NCBI GenBank assembly: GCA_030248215.1
Contig: JASANG010004046.1
Location: 248,001-312,000, forward strand
Source: Enoplolaimus lenunculus
Taxonomy: Eukaryota
DNA length: 64,000 nt
Direction: 5' to 3'
The position numbers and the translations under genes are program-made. Shown here one piece after another: positions 11,943 to 24,700 of this stretch. Below the pieces are notes generated by a model. The model was given only the letters and a program-made list of their open reading frames with translations. It did no database searches and had not been told where the DNA came from. How positions within the stretch are numbered: the stretch's first letter is position 1; each line of letters begins with the position of its first letter.

Positions 11943-12704
11943 ATTAATAAACAAATCATGCTATAAAATGCTTACTTCCAGCGCAAAGCCGAAAATATAA
12001 AATGGATAACGAATGTTTGGGTACATACTGACTGAAATAAATGAGTTGCGAAACCAACTGTATATACTACCGATTAAAGCATTCGTTCGGGAGTGTAAAT
12101 AAATGTTTACCCGCCGAATCATTTGCTTTTAATGAAAGCCAACTTTTAAAAAATCACGCTACAAAAATACTTGAACCTATAGCTAAATTTCTTACCCCAG
12201 CAGCGCAATCTAAATCTGGAGGTTAAGTTTCAGCCATAGTCGCCAGCCATAGGAAAATTTTTGGTAGTATCCTCTCGCATAGAGTACCATTGAGACATTG
12301 TGTAGTGGTTATCATAAAAGTCCAGCGTGTACAAAGCGTGTCATTGCTTTGAATAATGCATACTAGGCGTATTCACTAACTCGAGCTGTATCGTTGTGTT
12401 CATCTGGTCGATCGGTGTCTGCAGGTCCGTATACAGCTCACCTTGCTTGTTAGGGCTGAAAATTTTTTAGGACGGTCAAACAGGAGTGGTAAACGAATCC
12501 TACCGGGCATTCTGAGCATACCATCCACACTGAAACAGACTTTACACCTATTATTTTGTTTGTTACACCCGAAAGAGATCAAAGAATTTTCAAGGCTAGT
12601 TGACCAGGTTTTGTAAATAGGATACTGCTTTCCTGAGAAGTTTATTGGAACTTTTGGTGCGTCAAAGTAAAACATTGTTGTTTAACATCTTAGCTAATAA
12701 AATT

Positions 12705-15700
12705 ATGGGTGCTCGAAGAGTGATCGAAATTTTCCGAGGGGCGAATGCTGTAAATTATATGATTCCGGTACACGTAAGCAGTGCGGAGATCTCTGTTGTA
12801 GCACAACGTAACATATAAAAGTTTTAAGGTGTTTTGTTTGCCTCTACTTGCAATGTTTAGACTGTTGTGCGCGGTAGATCCAGTTTGGTGTTTGGAGCAG
12901 CGTCTGCTTCCGTAGGAGCGGCAGATACCAGATACTCAACGGTCCACTTTATTGCTCATTTCGTATTAAGCTTAGAGAATGTGGTTTTATTAACTAATGC
13001 ACTTGCTGTCAAATAATATTTCTCAATAACGCAGGTTATGGCTCCAGACACAGAGTGTTCCGAAAGCGAAAGTCGCAATGGAATGAGTCTTGAAAACTCC
13101 GATCTTCGGGCCTTTATTTCGTCGTGGTTTCTAGAGTTTGTTTCACGACTGGATATGCAGGAAACGTGGATGCGTAGATATGATAAAAAACTTAACGAAA
13201 TACTTGATGCCTTGGCCAACACAACTGATCATTGTCGCTCGTATTCACCGCTACAAGAGTCTCATAGTTTTAAGTTACGGTCAACAAACAACATAGGGCA
13301 CCAATCATTATTGAAGACACAGTCGTTACCGTCGCTGACAGATTCAAAGTTTTTACGCCAATTGCCAGCTCCTTCTTCGAATGGTTCTGTGTTTCAGCAG
13401 AAACTTCTCAAGAAGCAAAATGCTCCACTGTATTTATATGGAATGGAAAATCGACGTATAGACATTGTTCCTGGGGGACAAGTTATCAGACCCGTGCTTC
13501 CGAAGTACGACATTTGCGACAGTGATGAAGCTAACTGCTTTGACGACACTGCTGCCGATACCCAGTCGAAAAGTATGGCGGATTTAGAAAAGTATTCCAA
13601 ATTCAACACTGCTGCAGTCGGCAAATCGCAGTTGGTTTCTCGTCAAAACCCTGAAAAAGATGCTTCTCAAATGGAATCATCGTATAATTCAGACGGTTGT
13701 ATGAGCCCGGTCAATTCAAGAAATCTTAGCACTACAGAGTTGAATTCAAACGAGTTAACTGGGGTATGTACGTACGTATATACTACGTACCTAAATTTTG
13801 ATCGTATTAACTTGTCTTGTCACAGATAATTTACACAATTTATAAAATAAAATCATGTAATGAGAAAAATTTACCTTGACTGGGCTGAGTAGATTGGTTC
13901 TTGTGTTGAGTTAACCTAAAAAGCGTTTTTTGCATAAGTAGGCGTTGCTGAGTGAACTTTTGTGTTCGTACGTATATAATATATGTAATATAAATATAAA
14001 TGATTATGATACCTTACCTTAACTTTGCATTGTTTCTTTTTATTTCACAGGCATTTACTCACACTGGAACTGCAAGTGTTCCAACAGCATTTATTAAACA
14101 GACTGCCGAAGAATCATTGGAAGAATCTCGTACCAATGTCTGGCTGAGAGACGCGAATAAATTTTTAGCACCGGTTGGCGATTCAAAACGCTACCGTTGC
14201 AAGCAATGTAATCTCACATTTGTGTCGAGGTCCGGAGCACTATACCATGTTAAAGAAATTCATCTTGGTATACGATACACGTGCAAAACATGCGGAGTAG
14301 CTTTTACACGACCGAGGACATTACGATTTCACCAAGAACGATTTCATAGTGGCGAAGTCAGCGCTAAAAGAGGTCCGGACGTTTCTACAGAAAAGTCGCA
14401 TGGTCTATCGTGTGATATTTCAAACACAAATAATTCCTCAGCGCACAGCGATATGGCACATGTAGCTTCTGGATTTATCGAACGGATCGGTGTTTTGGAT
14501 TCCAATCAGGTACTTAAAGTATTGTCTTGCCGTTTTTTGTTTGAGCGTTGCATTTAGCTTGTATGCTTTACTAACTATAATTACATATTTTTACTGTTTC
14601 AGCAGCTAGCAACAAACTTGTTTTGGGCTAAACAAAACTCCGTGCGAGGCTTGCAGTTTCGCTAAGCGTTTTATGTTTTGTACTCGGGGGTTGAAAGGTG
14701 GATGACCATTGGCCTGCCCATACGAAAAGAATCTCAGGCACCAGTGAACCGATCTTGATAAAATTTTTTCCTTGAAAGCTTAATATGCTGGGGTGTTAAC
14801 CTCATACTGGGGTTTGAAAATTTTAAGCCGTTTATTAGCTGCATGCTAATTTACACGTTTGGTTAATTGAGCGAAGCGAAACAGCTCGGAGTTACGCGAA
14901 GCGTTGTATGTTTTGTACTCTGGGTCGAAAGGTGAATGTCCGTCCGTCCGTCTGCCCGTCCAAAAAGAATCTGAGGAACGGCTGAACCGATTTTGACAAA
15001 CTTGTTTTTGTTTGAAAGCCAATTTTCTTGTAATGTTAACCTCGCATTGGGGCTTTAAAATTCTAAGTTACTTATTAGCTACAGGCTAATTTGCATAATT
15101 AGTTAAGCCTAAATTAGCACTTTCTACATTATTTCACTAATTATTACAGTTACAAGCAATCGAATTTCAACGCTAAAGGGTTTTTGTGTACGAGGAATTT
15201 AAATAGACTGTTTACAAACCTCCAAAACGGATAATTGAGTAGTTAGCTAATAAATAATTTGCATATTAGCATTGTTTATAAGCCTAAGTTAGGACTTTTT
15301 ACAATATTTCAGTAAATATTAACGTTTAAAGCAATCTAATTTATACACTAAAAGGTTTTTAGGTTTGAGGAACTTGAATAAGTTGTTTACAAACCCCCAA
15401 AACTGATAATTGAATAGTTAGCTAATAGCTACTTTGCATATTAGCTTAATTGACAAGACAAAATTAAGGCTTCTTAAATTATTTCAATAGTTATTAGGGT
15501 TACTAAAGATTTTTGGGTGAGAGGAATACGAATAAAATGTTTACAAACCTCTAAAACCGTTAATTGAGTAGTTTGCTAATAGATAATTTGCATATCAATA
15601 TCACCTTAATTGCTTAAGTAATTATTAGGGTTACAAGCAATCTGATTTCAGTACTAAAGAGGCTTTGGGTGCGTGAAATCGGAATAAATTGTTCATAGAC

Positions 15701-18700
15701 CTTCAAGACAACCAATCTAAATCAGTACGAAAGGATTTTGGTGCAAAAAATTTGAATAAATTGTTTATAAACTTCCAAAACCGGTCAATGAATAGTCAGG
15801 TAATAACTAAGATGCACGCATATTAGATTAAATGTAAAGTATATGGGCCAAACTGTTTGTGCTCTATAAGTTAGGAGTGCTTAATAAGACTGATGACAAA
15901 GTAAGTATGTTCGAGCTTCGATCAATATGTAATAGACGTATTATGGTTCTGGCTTCTCCACAGTGGGGGGGCGGGGGGACCCCAGCACTTTTCGAAATTT
16001 TCATTTTCCCCCCGGCGAAAATTTTGCCGCCCCCAGGAAAGGCCCCCCCCGGCGAATTTTTGGCCGCCCCCCAGCAAATTTTTTTGCTGGGGGCCCCCAG
16101 GACTTTTCTAGGTCAAACATTTTCAATGTTAAAACGTAAAGACCTGGACTTCTTTTGAGGCGGACATTCGGCAAAATATGATTTTATATTACGCTGAGTA
16201 CTCATAATTTTTAATAGCGTTACAAATACCCGTAGTAACTAATACAATTCAATAATGAACTGAAAAAGCACAATTATATAAAGACCGTTTCAGGGCATAC
16301 AGCATTCGAAAGTACCTTGCAGCAGCAAGTTCAACCCGCCTGAGCCTTATGATAAATTGAAGCTGTGACTAATATACAAAATATATATTAATCACAGTTT
16401 CAATTATAGATTATCTATATTTTGTATAATTGTGCTTCTTTCAACTTCTGGTTAAGTTGTCAGTATATACGTAATATTAGTTAAAATTATTGTTATTAGC
16501 GTTTGCGAGAAATTTTTGTCATGTTGAGCGATGAGTAATCTTACGTTGAGTTGGAAACACGGTTTAGAATGAAAAAATGTTCCAAAAAGTCGGTTTGCAA
16601 AATTTTACGCCTGCCCCCCAGGACCCCCCAGATCATCTGGGGCCCCCCCAGGAAAACTGCCCCCAGCAAAATCAGCTGCCCCCCAGGAAACTCCTGGGGC
16701 CCCCCAGGAAACGCCCCCCGGCGGAAATTTTCAAGCTGTGGTGAAGCCAGTGGTTACGGCATAAAACTATATGCGGCTTCTGTATTTTGACTTGCTGGAT
16801 GTTGTTTTAAAAGTTTCAGATAATTGAAACCAACATTTGTATTTGTGCCAACTGTCATGGAACAGAGTGACTTACATTTACATATACATTTTTTCTGTCA
16901 TATGTGTGTTGTGAAAGTTTGCGTGTGCCGTATACGTTCACAATCTTTGAAGATGACCAGTGTTATTTTAGGGGCGTAACTGTACGTTACAATACTTTGG
17001 ATACTTTATACAAGGAAGGAAGAGTTAGCCACGTCTCGATATTTAAATCCCGTTTAGTATTTACTTTGAATTAGATATCACGTTCCATCCGGATATTAAA
17101 TTATCCGGCTTCGGTTCCGGCGGTGTTATCCGATGAACGATCACTGAGACTACGGGAATGGCGGATAAGGGTTACTCGCTAGGATGCCAATAGATATTAA
17201 TTTACCGGATCCTGGATAGTAAATTTTATCCGTAACCGAATCTTAACTGAATATTGGTGTGGCATATCAAATCAATCTGTGCAACTGTTGGAAGCATTTG
17301 AGTGTGCAAAAGTACGTATCTGTTTAGTGTTTAACATAAATTTTTGACTTTTGCCTGGAAATGCAATCGCAGCAAGAACCTGATACGTACTGTTATTGGT
17401 TTTTTGCCGGATATTAAACCAGATGATCGGTCGCTTCTTTTCTGAACTACTCGCCTGTTGAGGAAAAACAACTGACCGCAACACTACAAAACATAGAATA
17501 GTAGAATAGGATCCGGGATGATTGCTAAAGTATTAAAAATTTATTGACATAACATGTTATGGTTTGTCACGTAAACCTGAAAAATTTAATTTTTTTCGGT
17601 GATGTCCAAAAATTGAGCGAGACCGTCTCGGTAGTCAGGTCTCAGTCTCCTTTTTTAACCGAGAGCGCCCATCCCTTCGATACAGACAAAACGAGGTTGT
17701 GCGATGTTGTTAAAAATGCGCTAAATTGCACAGCTCAGTATTGGTTGAAATCAGTTCGAAAGTTGCAGAAACTTATTGAGCACTGGTGACGAGTGTGCGC
17801 GTACGCATGCGACTAACTGATTTGCAGCAGACTACCTCAGATTATTTAACTAGTGATTTTCAGACTTCTCAGTCGCAAATTATTGCTGAAGAGGTCAGCA
17901 ATAACGCGGTTATAAACAGTGACGATGACGCTAATCGACAACAAAAAGATGCGTTGTGGAATCGGATAGCGGAAAAAGATTTGAGCACTGAACGTAACGG
18001 ACGATGTCGATGTCGTCGTTGTGGGACAGTGTTTTCAAGACGTGCCGGAGCCTTGAGACATATCAAAGAAGTTCACATGGGAATTCGCGAATTTCCGTGC
18101 CGCTTTTGTCGCATGACGTTTACACGAAAGTTTTTACTCGACGCACATGTGAGCAAAGTTCACGCCGATCGGAATAGTTTGATTTCATCAGAGGGAATGT
18201 TGGTTGGAGCTTGTTTTGAAACCAATGTCCGCCGGGATAGTGATTTGGTTACGGAGCGAGAGGATCGAGATGAAAACAACGGAGCTAGTGATGGAGTTAA
18301 TCATTCAGAGTGCGAACCAAAGTGTAGTAATGTAAGGAAATTGGGACAAGGGTTTTATAGAAAAAATCACAGTAAATCTCAAGATAATGTTTAATTTAAT
18401 AAAAAGGGCAGCTATTAAAATTACGTAGTTCGAATGCATTATTCCATTCCTAAAGGCTGACAAGTTTTAGCGGTTAATGACGTTTACCTGATATTTAGCA
18501 TATATTATTATGAAGATTTCGCAAAAATAATTTAGTCTGATCTCGGTTCTGTGGCGTAAATTATTTTACTGAATCTTTGTTTATGTTTTGGCTCAAATTA
18601 AATAAAAGGTAACGCTGATTTGACACAAAATCGTTTGGTAACCTGGTTGCTGTCTGCTTTCTTATTTTAGTACTTGACTTGCTTTTCGTACTAACACCAG

Positions 18701-21700
18701 CAAAAACTTAGTTCAATATGGTTTTGGATATAAAGTGTGAATTAACCTTGATAAATGCCACTTTCTGTTTGTAATTAAGTTAAACACTTTTTATAACATT
18801 CCATTAAACAATAATTTAGATACATACACAGCCTTGAAACGTCATATACGGACGACCTTTACATCACATACACCTATTTAAAGTTGTTTGTACGTCAGAA
18901 TTCATCACTCTGCGAAAGCACTCAAACTCTGTTTGTCTCCGGTTCAATTTTCCAAGCGAGTTTTTGTCCCCATCAACATTTTTAAGACGCCAAACAGTTT
19001 TTGGAAAAATTTTCACTCGCAATATATTAATTTGTAATACATATGCGTGTAAATTTTGCTTATAAGTTATATAAGTGTAATCGCCAATCAGACATTGTTA
19101 TTTGGGATAACACCCTTTCGTGCCCTAAAAATGAATGTTTTCTGAGAGAAGCCTAACTTATGACAGCCATAGAATAAGAAGTAATTTATTTTAACTGATG
19201 GACGTTTTACGCGTGGATAATGGAGTTTTTGTTGGTATTTTTGTGTAATTGCGGACAAAAATTCCTATTGCAGGATCCGAAACGGTCATGTCAATTTCCT
19301 GGTTCCCACTTGAGAGAGAACGGAAATTCTGTACAAAAACACGGAGTTGTTCGGCCTGAGTTTGGTGGTGGCGTGAATCAGGATAATGAAAATCGTCTAT
19401 TACGTCACACTACTCTTCCAGTGCCAGTATCACAACAATTGGAGCGTGAACCAAGAGCCGGTGCGGCTGGAAGCTCGTTTGCATCTGCAGTTGGTTATGT
19501 TAACAACCAAGTGTGTAAAATTTGTTCAAAATCATTCAAGCATCGGAGTGTGGCATTGGCTCATGTACGCGTTGTTCATCGTGATGCGTTGTTAAAAACG
19601 TTGCCGTTGTCTGCTGTCGCCACAACTAGACATGCCGAGGATGAGCTAGGTATGCTTTCAAGATGTCTGTAGTTATGTGACGCTGTTGTTAGGGTATGAT
19701 CGGTTTTCTGTTTCTGATTTAATATAAGGCGGAAAAGAAACATATTATGGATTAGGTATTCGAGTTGGCGGGATATTTATCGCTAAAAAGTATAATACTA
19801 TATTATACTGTTTATGTGCAAAATTTAAGCCGCCACGATAGAATAGTATCACAACCCTTGTTAGAGCAAAAATTAACAAACTGTAGTGATCAGTATAGTG
19901 TAACAACTTTTCACTTTTTATTGAAAATAAAAATATGCATATAATGTCCGGTTCTGGTATGCGTTCGTATTTGCAAATTTTTATTCGTACCAGTTTTATT
20001 CCAACTTTACGTGTTACATCTTTTGATTATCAAAAGGGTGGCGCTATACTGGTCGTGCGGCGCCGTCTTCACCGTATGACATCATGCGCAAGCATTTAGA
20101 ATACTACACAGAACGGTAACGGTAAAATATTGAGTTTAAGAAACTACACGTTGAGTCATATAATCTGCTATTTTTTAGTTTTCAATTGAGCGACCTAAAC
20201 TTAAGTTAACATCGAAAATTTCGTAAATTTTAAACTGTGTCAACTTGAGGTCATGCCGTTTTTGGCGGGACACCGAACCATTATTTTATTGTGAAAAGCG
20301 CATTATTTTTTATGACCTAATTATTATATATTGTTTTTACTTACACAGATAGTAGTATGGATTATCGGTCAGCGGCGCTTGTCAACGCAGCTAATCAGTG
20401 TATGATGTGTAAAAAGCAATTTCGTGATCGCCGCCTTGCCGCACTTCATGTGAGATTAGTTCATCATCGTTTACTGGACATTGGTCAGTGTGAGACTGAC
20501 ACCAAAACCACCGTTAGTGTCAGCGCGGACGAAAGTAAGACTACATCGAGTATGAATGGCAGCTTCGGCAGTGTCGCTGATATTCAAACCGGTTAGTTTA
20601 CTGGTCAATATTTTCAGCCTAATTTGAGTGAAAATTTTACTGCTATAAGTCCATTTGAAGGCGCGAACGGATACCAAAACTAGTGTTAAGTAGGCTTCTA
20701 CTTCCTGGTATATTTAGTTCTGTCATTTAGAGCAAGAAGTCATTGTGATGTATGGTAATTTTACTCGTAATAAACCTATATGAATCCAAAACGCATAGTT
20801 TCAGTTTAAATTACGGCTACAGATATCAGAGCTGATTGTACTGTTGTTGTGGACAGTATCATATGTGCTATTTTGTGACACAAATCCACGTCAGGCAGGG
20901 TTCAACCCGAAACTACTTGCACACCGAAACCTGTTAAACCGGTGTGAAACTGGAACTGGAATTTCCTGTCGAACCCTCACCTTAGACCAATAGACATGAT
21001 GCAATACGATAGAAAGTAAAATTAGTAAAGTTGCAGAGATTTTCATTGCCCTTATTGGTGGGTTAACAGGTGGAGCCGCGTACAGCAATCATGGTGGCGA
21101 AGAGCGTAAATCTCAAACCGTTCTTTGTCCCGTATGCAGTGTTACATGTTCAAATCGTTCAAATATGAAACGTCACTGCCGAAGAAACCATCCTGATTCA
21201 ATTTATGCTGCACAGCCTGGTGAAGCTTTGTCAGCAACTTCAATGGAATCGGCAGGCAAGTTTCTTCAAGCATTTATTTGAGCTCTATTACTATGTGTAA
21301 GATTTTCAGGCTAGAATTTGCAGTTTTCTGACTAGAAGACGAATCCGATTTTTTAATTTAACAACTTATTAGCAAAATTTAACTAATAGTTAAGACAATT
21401 ATTATTAATACGTAATAATTTTTAAACTTAAATGTTTTAATCTTTAAACATAATTACTATGAAAAGGCTAGTTCAAACACGTAAAAAATGCTGTATCTGC
21501 GTCTTCCAAAGCCGGGACAGGAGCATTAGTCGACTTTTCACTGGATTTCCGGTGGATTCCTGTTTGAGTTATTTACCAAAGAACGGAATAGTGGCAAACT
21601 GCAATCTAATTTATGTGCGGTATGTTGGCTGTATTATTTTAAATGTGTCGTCTATTTTGTTGTATAATAACAATTTATTGCAATCGATTAATGCGGTTTT

Positions 21701-24700
21701 ATAGAACTACAAGCATCGATGTCTGTTCAAAATTTGAATTCTCGGGCTTCATATGCTGGTAATGAAGGCAACGCTGGTAATACGTGCAGCGATATTTCAA
21801 CCACTGCTTTTGGTTGCTTGAGCAGAGCCCTGTGCGAAAAAGCGACGGCCTCTATGGAAGAATCACTGGCACAACCACCGTCAGGTATGATATCATAAAG
21901 ATTGGGAAGCTAAGGATAGATTTGCTGAGTCTAGCCTCTGAGCGGCCACAAATGTTCGGATTCGGCAAAAATTTGCGGTCCGATTCGGATTCGGGACCGG
22001 TTTTGAAGAAGTCAAATCCAGCAATGTACGGCAATATATGATTTTACATTTTTTCAAAGAATAAAAATTTCAAATAACTTGTTATATAAATTAATGTTTT
22101 TTGTTTCAAGTCACAAATCTCAGAACTGAGGTCGAGCACGAATATATCAACGTTTAAAACATACGCGGCTGCAGTAGGTAGGCCCTCATAATTTACTTGA
22201 TTCTAGCTACGTATGACCGTATATTGCCTGTCTAAGCTTTTTTATTAGAGCTCTGTGCAGAGATTTTAATATTCCGTGGTATTCTTGTTCAAGAGAGTCG
22301 ATGTTCGGGTGGTCGTGGTTCAAAAAACCGTTTTTTATTTAGATATTCTGTAAAAAATAATTTCTGGTCTGACGTTTCGGTCGAAAACATTGTTTTTAGA
22401 TCATTTTAATAAGTTTTAACACTACAACGTTAAGTAAAATTTTTTACTTTAGTTAAAGTCCGACTTAACTCATGTGTCTGCAACCCAATCAATACAACTA
22501 CCGCAGGCCGCACATTTTATTATTTGAATATTGTTTCAGATTTGGCAAATTCTTATCGTAGATCGAGTGGACCACTTGTATTGACACCTCTTGAAAAACA
22601 ATATGGGATAACGATTGACGTAAGTCTCTTTCGAGCGCATGCTGTATTCGATCACGCTATTGTCGAATTCTGAGTTTTAATAGATGGAAAATGAAACATA
22701 ACATTGTACGCTACGTTTTTGCTAGAAACATGTAAGTAGTTAGCTGGGTGCAATAACCGATATCCCGCTGTGGTAAAAGTCGGCATCTGGCCTCAGTATT
22801 CTACATTGCCGGATATTTGTCGGTCAAAATTATACCTAACAAAACTGCATAGTGAACTATTATTTTTATTACTAAAATCAAAATATTTCGCTTTGATTTT
22901 TTTCTAAATCACGGAAATAAATAAGTATACTAAGGTTCTAACATAGTATAGCAAAACCCTTATAGCAACGAAATTATAACAAAGTAAGCAAATCGTTCAA
23001 GTTGGACTTTTTGTCGTAGTGTGACCTGAAATGTTCTACTGCGTATACCTATGCATTATTTTGCAGTTATGTATCAAAAAAATTGCTGCCATTTTCTGTG
23101 TATTGTGCAGTTAAGGTGTGTAGCGGGCTTTATCATTTCCCACAACTTAACGATGGGGGCGCACTGTTCAGAACGCTTTTTTATTTGTAAAATCATCAAC
23201 CGATGACTTTTTCAATTTTCGACCGTCTTTTCATGAACACCACATTTAAAATAAGCAGCATAATAACTGATATAATTGCTGTTACGTTACGCTCGCCGCA
23301 CAACGCGGCACGTCATGCCAGCCTCATCTGCTGTTTATTTTTATTTACGATGCGCGTCGTCGCGCAGCTTAGAAAAACATAGCGCAACCCTTAATGTTTC
23401 AGGTGTCACGTAATATACGAAATTTTGATAGCGTGGTTGATCGTAAGACAAATCGTTGCCTTATTTGCGGTAAAAATTTTGTCGAACGCCGTTATGCAAT
23501 ACAACACGTAAAAACGATACACTTATCATCTGGTTACTGTGTACACGCGTGTCGGCATTGCAGTAAACGCTTTTTGTACCGGTCAAAGTTGGCATCACAT
23601 ATGGCAACAGCTCATCATGACAGGCTGGCGACCCACAACAACAACAACAACAAGACAACGGCGCAAGCAGAGCGAAGAAGGCGTAGACGGTTAACCTCGC
23701 GCAGATTTGGGTTCCGGCCTCGCCCAAGGACTCAAAACGCTAATGGAAAGGACCGAGACGAACTAGGCGGCAAGCATGCGGCTACGCTAATGGATGAGGT
23801 ATTACGTGTTCGAGGGGACATAGGAGATACGATTTTACCCAGCGCCAGCCGAAGTCAGGAAATTACCTTTACCTGTCGATCGTTTTAATTTAAGCATAAG
23901 CAGCACATATATGCATGTACCATGTTCGTACGCAGAGGCAATTCCTTTTTCTATGCAATGTATAACGGCGTGGGCGCTTGGGATACCTCTCTTGTACGTA
24001 TGTATAGAATAACGTGCATACATAGCTAATTTGTTAATATGATGGTTACAATATTTCTTCACCGGTGTTTCAGAAGTTTTATTGAATTATTTTCAAGCAC
24101 ATGTTACGTGTCCCGCGTGTATGTTTCACAGATTTTAATTTCTGGATAGCATCAACTTTGCACGAAGTGTTACGTACAAGGTTGGTTGATAAAAACTTAC
24201 CTGTGTTTAAGAAAATCAACCGAGACCGCTGAAATATTACCGGATGGCCACTGGGATTACGGGAACGACAGATATAGGTTACTAACAAGGACGTAACAGG
24301 ATTTTAATTTACCGGGTTCTGGATAGTGAATTTTAATCGGAACCGAATATCGCTGCAGCATATCGATCTGTGTCGTTGTTTGTAGCATTTAATTAGCGCA
24401 AAAGTGTACGTATGTTTAATGTTGAACTTAAGTTTTTGACGTTAGTCCGGAAGTGCAATCACAGCAAGAGCCTGATACCGAGGTCCATTTTTGCCTGATA
24501 TAGCAGGTTGTGTCGCTTAGCTACAAAGTTTTGCATTTTTTATTACTTTCAGGTAAAAGAGTCACGTGAAAACTGCAACGCAGACGGCGAAAACGACTGC
24601 GATAAAAATATTGGCACTAACAGCAATAGCAGTATTTCAAGCTTAGACACAGACCGATACATCGATCCGTATCAGGAAGCGTCGAAATATGTCAAAAATC

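Noticed and set aside
12382..12438. GAGCTGTAT...ATACAGCTC hairpin as a ncRNA
   Set aside because: It has only a 9-bp perfect stem with an irregular interior, which is insufficient support.
15859..16790. Pro/Gly-rich ORFs (99 aa, 79 aa)
   Set aside because: They derive from the G/C tracts of an intronic TIR element.
18149..18170. GTGAGCAAAGTT resembling the miR-87 5' end
   Set aside because: It lies within zinc-finger coding sequence (HVSKVH), the similarity stops after 12 nt, and I see no hairpin.
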